Positions 17,394-27,143 of a stretch of 64,000 nt of DNA are shown in pieces (position 1 is the first letter of the stretch; the number at the start of each line of letters is the position of its first letter). Made by a program: the position numbers and the translations under genes. The stretch covers positions 1,728,001-1,792,000 of the forward strand of contig OY760686.1 of assembly GCA_963663865.1 (NCBI GenBank). The letters are read 5' to 3'. Source of the stretch: Spirochaetota bacterium. GTDB lineage: Bacteria > Spirochaetota > UBA4802 > UBA5550. A model generated the notes under the pieces. The model saw only the letters and a list, made by a program, of their open reading frames with translations, had not been told where the DNA came from and did no database searches.

Positions 17394-18968
17394 ATGAAAA
17401 CGCCATTAATTGCGATGCTGCTTTTATCGGCCATGCTTGCGCCTGCATCGTGCAAATACAGGGGGCGTCCGGATTTGAGAGAAACGCTCCGTATGCAGCT
17501 TCCGGCCGAGCCGGATACTCTCAATCCCATAACCGCCACAGACGCCTATTCATCTACCATTAACGGCCACATATACGAAACTCTTCTCGAAAGGAATAAC
17601 GATACACTTGATCTTGAGCCATGCCTGGCAGAACGTTGGAAAATCTCACCTGATAAAACGAGATTCAGGTTCTACCTGAAGAAGGACGTCCTCTGGAGCG
17701 ACGGAAAGCCCTTTACAGCCGACGATGTTGTCTATTCGTACAGGACTATTATGGACCCGCGGACCGCCTGCGCTTCTCTAAAGGTGTATGTGAAGGACAT
17801 CAAGTCGTGCGTAATAATTGATAAATACACGGTTGAATTTACCTATGCGTCGCCGTTTTTTCTTGCTCTCGAATACTGCGGAACAATGCCGGTAGTCCCG
17901 AAACATATATTTGACGACGGTTCGAACTTCAATGAGCATGTTAACAACAGGAAACCTGTCGGCACCGGCCCGTACCGCTTCAGCGTTTGGAATACTGCAG
18001 AGAAGATTGAACTCGTAAGAAATGAAAGGTACAGGGGCGACAAGCCCGAGATCAGCCGAATCGTCTACAGAATAGTACCCGAACCGAGCGTGGCCCTGCA
18101 GATGCTGAAAAAGGGCGACCTGGATGTAATGGGGCTTCGCGATATACAGTGGGCCAGGCAGACCGGCTCTGAACGCTTTCAGAGTATGTTTTATAAGCTA
18201 AAATACTACCGCCCTAATTACAGCTATATTGGATGGAATTCACGCAGAGATATGTTTTCGGATAAAAGGGTCAGAAGGGCCATGACCCATCTTATTAACA
18301 GGAAGGACATACTCGGCAAGCTGCTTTTTGGAAACGGAGAGATTGTAACCGGAAACTTCTATATATTCAGCCGCTACTATGACCGGTCAATTGAGCCGTG
18401 GCCGTATGATGAGAAAAAGGCGCGCCTGCTGCTTGGCGAAGCAGGCTGGCGCGACAGTGACGGCGACGGGATACTCGATAAAAACGGCAGGAAGTTTTCT
18501 TTTACCTTCACGATATCCTCCGGCAGCAAGTTTTCAGAGAGACTCGCTACAATACTCAAGGAGGACTTTCAGCGCTCCGGTATTGAGATGAATATTAACC
18601 GCTACGAATGGGCGGTATTCATTCAAAAAATCCAAAAGAAGGATTTTGACGCCACCACATTGGCGTGGAGTCTGGGATATTCAAGCGACCCCTACCAGCT
18701 ATGGCACTCGTCGCAGATCGCGAGCGGGTCAAACTACTGCAGCTTTTCCAACAGGGAGGCTGACCGCATAATAGAGGCGGCCAGAAAGGAATTCAATGAC
18801 TCCAAGCGTGAAAAGATGTACAGACGCTTTCATGAGATACTTCATGAGGAGCAGCCGTACACTTTCCTGTTCTGTACGCCCGCGCTTTCAGCCGTCAGCA
18901 GGCGATTTGACAACGTTAAGGTTCACACCACAGGTCTTGAAATCAGGGAGTGGAGGATTGCTGAATGA
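17394..18968 (+). CDS. oppA: Peptide ABC transporter substrate-binding lipoprotein (SBP family 5)
   Basis: Lipobox LAPASC, EPDTLNP, WSDGKPFTADDV, PVGTGPY. Confidence 0.93.
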   Translation: MKTPLIAMLLLSAMLAPASCKYRGRPDLRETLRMQLPAEPDTLNPITATDAYSSTINGHIYETLLERNNDTLDLEPCLAERWKISPDKTRFRFYLKKDVLWSDGKPFTADDVVYSYRTIMDPRTACASLKVYVKDIKSCVIIDKYTVEFTYASPFFLALEYCGTMPVVPKHIFDDGSNFNEHVNNRKPVGTGPYRFSVWNTAEKIELVRNERYRGDKPEISRIVYRIVPEPSVALQMLKKGDLDVMGLRDIQWARQTGSERFQSMFYKLKYYRPNYSYIGWNSRRDMFSDKRVRRAMTHLINRKDILGKLLFGNGEIVTGNFYIFSRYYDRSIEPWPYDEKKARLLLGEAGWRDSDGDGILDKNGRKFSFTFTISSGSKFSERLATILKEDFQRSGIEMNINRYEWAVFIQKIQKKDFDATTLAWSLGYSSDPYQLWHSSQIASGSNYCSFSNREADRIIEAARKEFNDSKREKMYRRFHEILHEEQPYTFLFCTPALSAVSRRFDNVKVHTTGLEIREWRIAE

Positions 18969-19966
18969 AGCGCTATCTGGCTAAAAGGCTCCTGCTTATT
19001 ATACCGACTTTTCTCGGAATAACGCTTGTAACGTACGCCATGGTCAGGCTGGCCCCGGGTGATTACACTTCGATTAAAGCCGGCATGGAGGGAGCTCTCA
19101 AAGCCGGGGCAGTAGGGGAGGATATACTCAACGAGGAGAGAAAGCTCTACGGTCTAGACAGGCCTGTTATTGAGGGCTACGCGGAGTGGCTTGTAAAGTT
19201 CGTGAGGTTCGATCTGGGCACGTCGCGTAAGGACGGAAGGCCCGTATCGGTCAGGATAATGGAAACCCTTCCTGTTACCATGACGCTGAGCTTTCTCACT
19301 ATCATCATAATATATATTGTTTCAATCCCGCTGGGCATATTCACGGCGGTGAGGAAGGACGGGCTCTTCGACAGGGCAACGAGCCTCGTCTTGTTCCTGC
19401 TTTATTCGCTTCCTTCTTTCTGGATAGCTCTGCTGCTTCTGATGTATCTCTCCGGCGGTGAATACCTCAACCTGTTCCCGCTTGGCGGGCTGCACACTGA
19501 AGGGGCCGAAAGCGCCGGCATTCTGGCGAGGTTTGCCGATACGGCCTATCATCTCGTGCTGCCTCTGGTAACGCTTACCTACGGCGGCTTTGCTTTCCTG
19601 TCACGTTACACGAGAGCGAACATGCTTGAAGTCATAAATCAGCAGTACATTACTACGGCGAAGGCGAAGGGGCTGTCCAACTACAAGGTGGTTTTTGTGC
19701 ACGCGTTCAGAAACTCTCTGATACCGCTTGTAACCCTGATGGCGTCGCTCCTCCCGGGGTTGATTGGCGGAAGCGTAATCGTCGAGTCAATTTTCGCCAT
19801 TCCCGGAATGGGCAGACTCGGCTTTGAGGCCATCGGAACCAGAGACATCCCTGTGATTATGGCAATATCGGCAATATCCGCGCTGCTTACGCTCGCGGGC
19901 ATACTGCTTTCTGATCTGACATACGCCCTTGTTGATCCGAGAATCAGGCTTGGGGGAAAATCATGA
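18965..19966 (+). CDS. oppB: Peptide ABC transporter permease
   Basis: YLAKRLL..APGD, DLGTS, YITTAKAKGL, DPRIR. Confidence 0.93.
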   Translation: MKRYLAKRLLLIIPTFLGITLVTYAMVRLAPGDYTSIKAGMEGALKAGAVGEDILNEERKLYGLDRPVIEGYAEWLVKFVRFDLGTSRKDGRPVSVRIMETLPVTMTLSFLTIIIIYIVSIPLGIFTAVRKDGLFDRATSLVLFLLYSLPSFWIALLLLMYLSGGEYLNLFPLGGLHTEGAESAGILARFADTAYHLVLPLVTLTYGGFAFLSRYTRANMLEVINQQYITTAKAKGLSNYKVVFVHAFRNSLIPLVTLMASLLPGLIGGSVIVESIFAIPGMGRLGFEAIGTRDIPVIMAISAISALLTLAGILLSDLTYALVDPRIRLGGKS

Positions 19967-20943
19967 GGGGCGGTTACTGGCATGGCGTATGGGAAAAATT
20001 CGGACAGAACAGGCTGGCTAAGGCCGGGTTCTATGTCGTGCTGTTTCTGTTCTTCATTGCGATATTTGCCCCGTTTCTTGCGGGCAATAAACCCTTCGTT
20101 TATGTTTCGGATGAGGCGACGTATTTCCCGTTTTTTGTGGACTATGAGGAGTTTGCCGATACGGACTTCAGAAGTGACGATGCCGCCGGTTTTAAAATAT
20201 TTCCTCCAGTGAGATATTCGCCCTCTGAGTACGATCTGGACAATGTCGTGACCGGCCCGTCATCAGAGCACTATCTCGGGACCGATGAGCAGGGAAGAGA
20301 CCTCGCCTCCAGAATGATTCACGGTACAAGGGTATCCATCTTTGTTGGGTTTATAGCTGTATCTATCTACGTCTTTATCGGGATAATAATTGGGGCTGCT
20401 GCCGGGTATTACGGCGGAATGGTTGACCTTGTAATATCAAGAATAATTGAGATTGTCATGTGTTTCCCCACATTCTTTCTGATTCTCACCATATTGGCCC
20501 TCTGGGGTCCCGGGCTTGTGAGCGTTATGGTCGTTATCGGGATTACCGGCTGGACAGGAATCGCCCGGATAGTGCGGGGGGAATTTATCAGGCTCAGAGA
20601 GTCCGATTTCGTCACAGCGTCAAAGGCCGTCGGAGCGCGGGACTTTTCCATAATCTTCAGGCATATCCTGCCGAATTCACTTGCCCCGGTGCTTGTCTCG
20701 GCAACTTTCGGAATCGCCTCTACGATACTCATTGAGTCTTCATTGAGCTTTCTGGGTTTCGGTGTCCAGCCTCCAACCCCGAGCTGGGGGGATATTCTGT
20801 CGCAGTCACGGGACTTCATGGACTTTGCCTGGTGGCTGACGGTCATTCCAGGCCTCGCAATATTTTTAACCATTACTGCGTATAATCTCGTCGGCGAAGG
20901 CCTTCAGGACGCGCTTGATCCAAAAAGGGGGGCGAGAAGGTGA
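19963..20943 (+). CDS. oppC: Peptide ABC transporter permease
   Basis: LGTDEQGRD, FRHILPN, LSFLGFG..PSWG, ALDPK. Confidence 0.93.
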   Translation: MRGGYWHGVWEKFGQNRLAKAGFYVVLFLFFIAIFAPFLAGNKPFVYVSDEATYFPFFVDYEEFADTDFRSDDAAGFKIFPPVRYSPSEYDLDNVVTGPSSEHYLGTDEQGRDLASRMIHGTRVSIFVGFIAVSIYVFIGIIIGAAAGYYGGMVDLVISRIIEIVMCFPTFFLILTILALWGPGLVSVMVVIGITGWTGIARIVRGEFIRLRESDFVTASKAVGARDFSIIFRHILPNSLAPVLVSATFGIASTILIESSLSFLGFGVQPPTPSWGDILSQSRDFMDFAWWLTVIPGLAIFLTITAYNLVGEGLQDALDPKRGARR

Positions 20944-21896
20944 CGGCTCTGAGCAGGGGTTACTTTGCCGGCAGGCCGGCTGTTTGCCGTCCCGCTATGC
21001 TTTTTCTGATTGCGATGTTGTCGGGCCTGTCCTGTTTGGGACTTTCGGGCATTCAGAATGACCCCGGCTATATCCCCCGTGAAACCGCTGTTCCGGGCTG
21101 GAAGATTGTTTCAGCACATTTTGTGAGAGGCAAAAGCCCGCTGCCGCAGGAATTTGCGGATATCGATTCCGGAAGTGTTGTTTCTGTTTCCAACGCTGTC
21201 TACAGCCCGTATCCTGAACCTGAAATCGAAGTGAGGCTGTGCGTAGTTGAGTTTAATCACAGTCTTGAGGCTCTGAATTTCTTTTCGCTGTTTCTCTGGG
21301 GAAAAAAGGACGTGGTCTTTAGAGGATTGGGCCGAGCTGTGTTTGATGATGGAATCATATCGGTAAAAGGGAGGTTCTGTACGGCAGTATTCGGCATCGT
21401 CCCTTCCATGAGGTTTGTGAACGGAACTGATTCAATTGTTGATGCCGCTGAAAAGAATCTGACTTTTAACGAATCTGACAGAATGCCGGGCTATACGGAA
21501 CTTTTTAGCAGAGGCGATAATTCTCCGCTTTTTTTCTTCAGCGGCGGTATTGAAAATTTGCCTTCCTTGAAACAGTGCTTTGTCAGAAGAATAGTCTTTT
21601 CAGGTGATGAGAGGCATGTTTTCTTTAAAAAGCTTGCAAATGAGGAAGAAGCCTCCATAGTGTTTATGAGGCTAATCTCGCGGCAAAGCGGTTTTTCCAT
21701 GACTATGGCAGGCGGTACACAGGTGCTTGTCAGAGGTTCAGATAAGGGAATCTATACGGCCGTTTTCAGTTTCAGAGATTACATAGCCGGCGTTATGGAT
21801 GCTCGGTCTCTGGCTGAGGCTTCCGGTATCATAAGAACGCTGGTTGAGCCGGTTAATATTACAAAGCCTGTTCCGGAGACACGATATGCAGATTAA
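20940..21896 (+). CDS. Hypothetical lipoprotein
   Basis: Long ORF overlapping the oppC stop (GTGA). Hydrophobic segment ending LSGLSC. True start may be internal. Confidence 0.6.
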   Translation: MTALSRGYFAGRPAVCRPAMLFLIAMLSGLSCLGLSGIQNDPGYIPRETAVPGWKIVSAHFVRGKSPLPQEFADIDSGSVVSVSNAVYSPYPEPEIEVRLCVVEFNHSLEALNFFSLFLWGKKDVVFRGLGRAVFDDGIISVKGRFCTAVFGIVPSMRFVNGTDSIVDAAEKNLTFNESDRMPGYTELFSRGDNSPLFFFSGGIENLPSLKQCFVRRIVFSGDERHVFFKKLANEEEASIVFMRLISRQSGFSMTMAGGTQVLVRGSDKGIYTAVFSFRDYIAGVMDARSLAEASGIIRTLVEPVNITKPVPETRYAD

Positions 21897-22989
21897 TGTT
21901 GAACAGATAATCCTCAATTCTCTCCGAAAGCTAAACGAGGAGAACTCATTGAGGCTGATGGCCCTTCTTAATATTCTGCATCTTAACATCGATGTTCTTC
22001 TGAATAAGTCGATTGAATGGTTCGGTGATAATCCGCCAGACGAGTTCCGTTCAGTTCTCAACTCCCTGATAGTACTTACTACGTCGTTTCTTGAGGGAGG
22101 CGATGTCGAGGATTTTCTGTCCGAACAGGATCCGGAGCTTGTTGAGGTATCGGGGCTTGTTGAGGAGCTTATACACGACGCCGGTCAGCTTTTCGGATTT
22201 GAAAAGGAAGTCCTTGTGTTTGACAGGCATCCGGCCTCCTGGATCATGGTGCCCAAGAGGGAATTTAGAAAGTCCTTAAACGACATATTGCTTGTATTCC
22301 GCCCCTTCATGTCCATGGACACGTCATGTACCTTCTCTGTTTCCGAGAACAAGACAAATCTTGTTATAAAAATCAACTATGAGCGTCTCTCTTCTTCTTT
22401 CCCCGGTATTAGAAATATTCAGAAACCTTTTTTTTCATATACTGTCGAGCCTGATGAGGTGAAGAAGATTGGGATGGGGCTCATTTCAGCCACATCGGGC
22501 CTCAGCGAGATGGGCGCGGTTGTGCAGCTTAAGCCGCTGCATGGCGGAAACAGCTGTCAGATTACAATTACGTTCCCTTCGATGGAATTCCTTGAAACGA
22601 TGGCGCATGTAAGAGAGGACAACAAAAAGCATCAGACATCGAGACCAGTTCAGACAGGGACAACCGGTACAGTATTGATTGCGGTATCCGACCTTATTGT
22701 TGAAATGATTCTCTCTGAGGTCCTCACTGAATCCGGTTACAGCGTCAAACGCGTAAGTCCCAAGGATATTGCCGGTCTAATCGAAGAAACGGACACAAAA
22801 GGCCTGGTCATTGATCACAGTTCTGTTTCCGCGGCAGCCGAAGTAATTGCCCCGGCATGTAAGTCCGGTCTTAAGACAGTTGTGCTACACGAAACAGATA
22901 TTGCCGGAGAAGAGGCTCTTGAGGGAGCCCGTTATTTCAGGAAGCCCATCGAATTGGAGAGCATAGTCGGTTTCCTGAAAGGAGACTGA
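21886..22989 (+). CDS. Degenerate hybrid histidine kinase-like protein (HATPase-like plus receiver-like)
   Basis: IQKPFFS..KIGMGL, GGNSCQITITFP, then VLIAVSD..L..SGY.V..LVID..FRKP. N-box and DxGxG not recognisable. Confidence 0.65.
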   Translation: MQINVEQIILNSLRKLNEENSLRLMALLNILHLNIDVLLNKSIEWFGDNPPDEFRSVLNSLIVLTTSFLEGGDVEDFLSEQDPELVEVSGLVEELIHDAGQLFGFEKEVLVFDRHPASWIMVPKREFRKSLNDILLVFRPFMSMDTSCTFSVSENKTNLVIKINYERLSSSFPGIRNIQKPFFSYTVEPDEVKKIGMGLISATSGLSEMGAVVQLKPLHGGNSCQITITFPSMEFLETMAHVREDNKKHQTSRPVQTGTTGTVLIAVSDLIVEMILSEVLTESGYSVKRVSPKDIAGLIEETDTKGLVIDHSSVSAAAEVIAPACKSGLKTVVLHETDIAGEEALEGARYFRKPIELESIVGFLKGD

Positions 22990-22993
22990 TCAG

Positions 22994-23656
22994 TTGGTAT
23001 ACTTCGTCGGGGACATTCACGGGTGTTACCGCTGCCTGAGGTCTTTGCTTGTGAAGCTTGAAAAAGATTCTTCCCGTGAGGACATGTTTGTTTTTCTGGG
23101 GGATTATATCGACAGGGGTAGGTTTTCCTTTGAGGTAATCGAAAGGCTTATTGAATTTGCCGGCACCAGGAACTGTGTTTTTATTAAAGGAAATCATGAG
23201 GATATGCTGCTGAACTACGCCTCAGGCCGGGGCGGCTCAGCTGTTTTCAGGTACAACGGGGGAGATTCCACTCTGCTTAGCTATCGGAAGCACATGGGCG
23301 GGTTCTCGTTCCCTGATGAGCATAGATCTTTCTTTGAGTCTCTCAGGCTTTATTTCGAGGGAGATGATTTTATTGCTGTACACGCGGGCTTGAATCCGCT
23401 TGTTGAAACTGTCGAGTCTCAGACGGAATTTGATTTGCTGTGGATAAGGGAACCGTTTTATCAATCAAACAGGGTTTGGGATAAAACGGTATTTTTTGGA
23501 CATACTCCGACAGTATTTATCTCGGGAAAGACCGGCGTGTTTATAGACAGAAAGCGCCGTCTTGTCGGAGTCGACAACGGAGTACATCTCGGCCACCCGC
23601 TGGCCTGCGTGCGATGGCCTGACATGAAAGTTTTTTACAGCGATGCGGAGAATTGA
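22994..23656 (+). CDS. Ser/Thr protein phosphatase family metallophosphoesterase (PphA/PrpA-like)
   Basis: GDIHG, GDYIDRG, GNHE, VHAG, FGHTP. Confidence 0.92.
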   Translation: MVYFVGDIHGCYRCLRSLLVKLEKDSSREDMFVFLGDYIDRGRFSFEVIERLIEFAGTRNCVFIKGNHEDMLLNYASGRGGSAVFRYNGGDSTLLSYRKHMGGFSFPDEHRSFFESLRLYFEGDDFIAVHAGLNPLVETVESQTEFDLLWIREPFYQSNRVWDKTVFFGHTPTVFISGKTGVFIDRKRRLVGVDNGVHLGHPLACVRWPDMKVFYSDAEN

Positions 23657-24804
23657 TTATGAAAATCCTTTTGACCGGTAAACTGACTGCGGTTGCTCTG
23701 CTGCTCGTTCTGATCAGTTCCGCGGGCGGCAGGGAAACTGCCTATAAAATATACGCATCAATAGAGGCGGTTAGAAAGGGCAATCTGGTAACACTGGCCT
23801 TTACGGAAAAGCCTGCTGTTTCGAAGTATTACATTATCGACGGTGTAAAAGCTCAGGGAGAGGTCTCTCTGCTGTCGAGCGAGAAAACTGATACAGGTTA
23901 CAGAGTACTTGCTGTGTACAGGGTCTACAGCGGGCCTGAAGCGAAAGTCGTTCAGGCCGGGCGCCGCATCGCGCTTTCAGAAACACCGGCTCTTTACAGG
24001 AGAGATTTCTCAAGCCCCTATGTCACCGAAAAACCAGAATATCGGGAAAAGATAATATCCCCCATAGATAAAAGAGAAATGATACTTATTCCTGAGGGTA
24101 AATTTGTTTTCGGATCGAATAGTGGAGCCAGAGATGAGTTTCCGCAGTCTGAGAGGTTTGCGGGCTTCTTTTATATTGACAGGTATGAGGTTTCGAATTC
24201 AGACTATATGAATTTTGTAAGGTCAGCCAGAGCTCCGCTGCCACGCTCATGGGCTAAAGACGGATATCCTGACGATAAAGCCAGTTGCCCTGTAATGGTC
24301 ACCTTGCACGAGGCTGAGGCGTATGCCAGGTGGGCTGGCAAGCGTCTTCCAAGTGAAATTGAGTGGGAAAAAGCTGCCAGAGGGTTTTCAGGAAATCTAT
24401 ATCCATGGGGTAACGAGTTTGAACCGGGCAGGGCTAACTCGATGGAGCTGTGGGCCGATGAGAAGGGGCTTGCTGATTTGCAAAAAAAGTACGGCAGCGC
24501 TGAGCCTTCTCCGCTGCCCGTAGATTCATTTGTTCCCGAAGGGGATTCTCCGTTCGGGATCGCCAACATGGCCGGAAACGCGCCTGAATGGACCTCTGAC
24601 TGGTACAGAGCTTATGAAGGGAATACTCAGAAGAACGAAAAATTCGGGAACCGCTACAGAGTGGTTAGAGGCGGTGGATGGTTTCACTGGAAGGATATGC
24701 TGCGGTCTGTAGACAGAAATCCGTCGGGTATTCCAAACCTCTACAGGGACAACTCGGCCGGCTTCAGGTGTGTTAAAGAGGTGTCAAACGTTGATGAGGA
24801 ATAG
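23653..24804 (+). CDS. Exported SUMF1/FGE-sulfatase domain protein
   Basis: Signal peptide, IDRYEVSN, RLPSEIEWEKAARG, MAGNAPEW, RGG, GFRC. Confidence 0.9.
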   Translation: MIMKILLTGKLTAVALLLVLISSAGGRETAYKIYASIEAVRKGNLVTLAFTEKPAVSKYYIIDGVKAQGEVSLLSSEKTDTGYRVLAVYRVYSGPEAKVVQAGRRIALSETPALYRRDFSSPYVTEKPEYREKIISPIDKREMILIPEGKFVFGSNSGARDEFPQSERFAGFFYIDRYEVSNSDYMNFVRSARAPLPRSWAKDGYPDDKASCPVMVTLHEAEAYARWAGKRLPSEIEWEKAARGFSGNLYPWGNEFEPGRANSMELWADEKGLADLQKKYGSAEPSPLPVDSFVPEGDSPFGIANMAGNAPEWTSDWYRAYEGNTQKNEKFGNRYRVVRGGGWFHWKDMLRSVDRNPSGIPNLYRDNSAGFRCVKEVSNVDEE

Positions 24805-24826
24805 CAATTTTAAAATATTCTAAAGC

Positions 24827-24880
24827 TTGTTCACAAAGTTATCAACAATTGTTGATAACTTCTCGGGCGCATGTTGATAA
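24827..24880. promoter_or_regulatory. Cluster of four DnaA-box-like 9-mers including a 26-bp perfect palindrome
   Basis: TTGTTCACA 24827, TTATCAACA 24839, TGTTGATAA 24850 and 24872. AAGTTATCAACAATTGTTGATAACTT at 24836-24861. Confidence 0.55.
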
Positions 24881-24911
24881 ATAGATATTTCCGATAATTG
24901 AGGCGGATTGA

Positions 24912-27143
24912 ATGATAGGGAAGATGACATCATTTCTTTTCAGATACACGTTTAGGATTGCTCTGCTTACAGATATTATTGTTTTGCTAATTACGGCTTC
25001 CTCTTTCTATGTATCCGCGCTGTTTGTAGGTCAGCCTTCGGTTGAGTTGAATTTTCTCATCAGCCCTTATTTTGCGGCGGCAATATTTGCTCCATTTCTG
25101 CTTCATCTGATACAGTGGGGGCTGCTTTCATTCGCGGGAATTCCGGCCTTTTCTCAGGGCCACAGGCTGGTTAACCTCTGGCATCGAAATCGTTTTGTCA
25201 ATGACCCTGTTGAAAAGAGGATTCTCTATGAAACACTGAGCAGCCTGCCGGTTTTTTCGATGCTAAACACCATACTCTACCTCGTTATTATGGGGATGAT
25301 GACGGCGGGAGCTCTGTACTATTTTCACTCTCAGTCAGCTGTATTAGACAGTACTGAGCTCAGAGGCTTTGTCAGGCTAACCGGTATCGCATTTCTTTAC
25401 TCAATTCTGCTCAGTTCCGTAATGTCATACAATGTCGCTGAAACATGCACATCGTTCAAGAGGAGAGAGCTGCTCAATTCGCTCAACTACTCGGAAAGGG
25501 CCGAGACCTCTGTCTCTTCTATAGGCCCTGGATTAAGGCTCCTGCTTATTCTCATCTTGTTCTTGCTTCAATTCGCATTTGTCTTTCCATCGGCATACAG
25601 GCTTGGGCAGCGCGGCGCGGATATATCAGGTTTAGCGATGCTTCCTGTTTTAGTTATGCTTATGATTACAACCGGTCTGCTCGTGTACACCTCTGTTCCC
25701 GTCCTCGCTCAGCTAAGCGACCTTCGTAATTCCATAGCCAGAATACGCCGCGGAGGCAGGCCTGCTTTTAAACGGCCGGCCCTGGAAGGCGTTACCGCAG
25801 AAGCACAGTTTTCCCTCCTTGACCTCGCGGCAGAGCACGAGACAGAGGTGCTGGGTCTTGAGGAACAGGCAGAGTTCATGGATAATCGGATTGCTGAATT
25901 GGAACAGCAGCTGAAGGAAAAGGAAAGCCGAATGAAAAAACAGCTGAATATGGCAAATATTATTCAGCAGAGCATTCTTCCGGTTTCATTCGACGGATGG
26001 AACGAAATCAAGGTCGCAGTCAGACACATGGCTCTGGAAGAGGTAGGGGGCGATTTTTACGACTTCTACAGAATGAAAAATGAAACTCTCGGGGTTGTAA
26101 TCGGCGATGTCTCAGGACACGGCATTCCAGCGGCCCTTGTGACATCAATGTCGAAGATTCTATTCAGCAGCGCGGCAGAGAAAAGCACATCCCCGGTCCA
26201 GATAATAAGAGAGGTGAACAGGACTCTGCTTGAGAACATCAGGACTGCCGAGTTTCTGACATGTTTTATGCTGACGGTTGATGAGGACTATAATCTCAGC
26301 TACACAAATGCCAGCCATCAGAGGCCTGTACTTTTGCGGCAGGAGACTGGAGAGATAGAGCTGCTTGATACAGACGGTTTGTTCATTGGTATCGTTGCCG
26401 ATGAGGAAAACAGATATACCGAGGGGAAAACAGGTCTTAATTACTCGGACCGCGTAATCCTGTATTCTGACGGAATTACGGAGGCCGTCGCGCCTGACGG
26501 TGAAAAGTACACTAATGCGAGATTTGAGAAGTCCATTCTCAGGCACAGAGACAGGCCACTGGAACAGTTCGCCGATTCTCTCATGCAGGACGTAAAAAGG
26601 TTTACAGGCAAGGAAGCTGTTAAGGACGATGCCACCATAATCATTCTCGAATTAGTGCGTGATGAGGCTGTAGACGCTGTAAAAAAAGCAAAACGGCTGA
26701 TATCGCTGCACAATCCTGATGGCGCTGTTGAGCTTCTTGAGCAAGCTCTTGAGAAGATGCCTGAGAGCCAAAAAATTCTTTACAATCTGGCCAAGTGTTA
26801 TTTTAGAGTTAATGAATACGGGAAGTCAATTGAGTATATTCTCAGATATATTGAATCAGAGAAGCTCAACAAGTATGCCTATTACATATGCGGTGCTTCA
26901 TATTACCAGCTGTCCGACTACGGAAAGGCCCTGCGCTATCTTGATGCAGCTCTTAATCTTGACAAACGCTTTGTCAACGCGCTCTTTGCCAGGTCCATGA
27001 CTCTCGTTAAGTCGGGGGATCACGCGGAGGCGAGGGCCTGCATAGAAAGAATTCTGGATATTGATCCAGACAACAAAATCGCTATACATCAACTGAATAA
27101 AATCGACGAAATAAATGAAATTGAAAATGATAAAGAATCTTAG
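24912..27143 (+). CDS. Membrane PP2C/SpoIIE phosphatase with coiled coil and C-terminal TPRs
   Basis: Several TMs, VGGDFYD, GDVSGHG, YSDGITEA, KDDAT, TPR repeats. Confidence 0.92.
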   Translation: MIGKMTSFLFRYTFRIALLTDIIVLLITASSFYVSALFVGQPSVELNFLISPYFAAAIFAPFLLHLIQWGLLSFAGIPAFSQGHRLVNLWHRNRFVNDPVEKRILYETLSSLPVFSMLNTILYLVIMGMMTAGALYYFHSQSAVLDSTELRGFVRLTGIAFLYSILLSSVMSYNVAETCTSFKRRELLNSLNYSERAETSVSSIGPGLRLLLILILFLLQFAFVFPSAYRLGQRGADISGLAMLPVLVMLMITTGLLVYTSVPVLAQLSDLRNSIARIRRGGRPAFKRPALEGVTAEAQFSLLDLAAEHETEVLGLEEQAEFMDNRIAELEQQLKEKESRMKKQLNMANIIQQSILPVSFDGWNEIKVAVRHMALEEVGGDFYDFYRMKNETLGVVIGDVSGHGIPAALVTSMSKILFSSAAEKSTSPVQIIREVNRTLLENIRTAEFLTCFMLTVDEDYNLSYTNASHQRPVLLRQETGEIELLDTDGLFIGIVADEENRYTEGKTGLNYSDRVILYSDGITEAVAPDGEKYTNARFEKSILRHRDRPLEQFADSLMQDVKRFTGKEAVKDDATIIILELVRDEAVDAVKKAKRLISLHNPDGAVELLEQALEKMPESQKILYNLAKCYFRVNEYGKSIEYILRYIESEKLNKYAYYICGASYYQLSDYGKALRYLDAALNLDKRFVNALFARSMTLVKSGDHAEARACIERILDIDPDNKIAIHQLNKIDEINEIENDKES

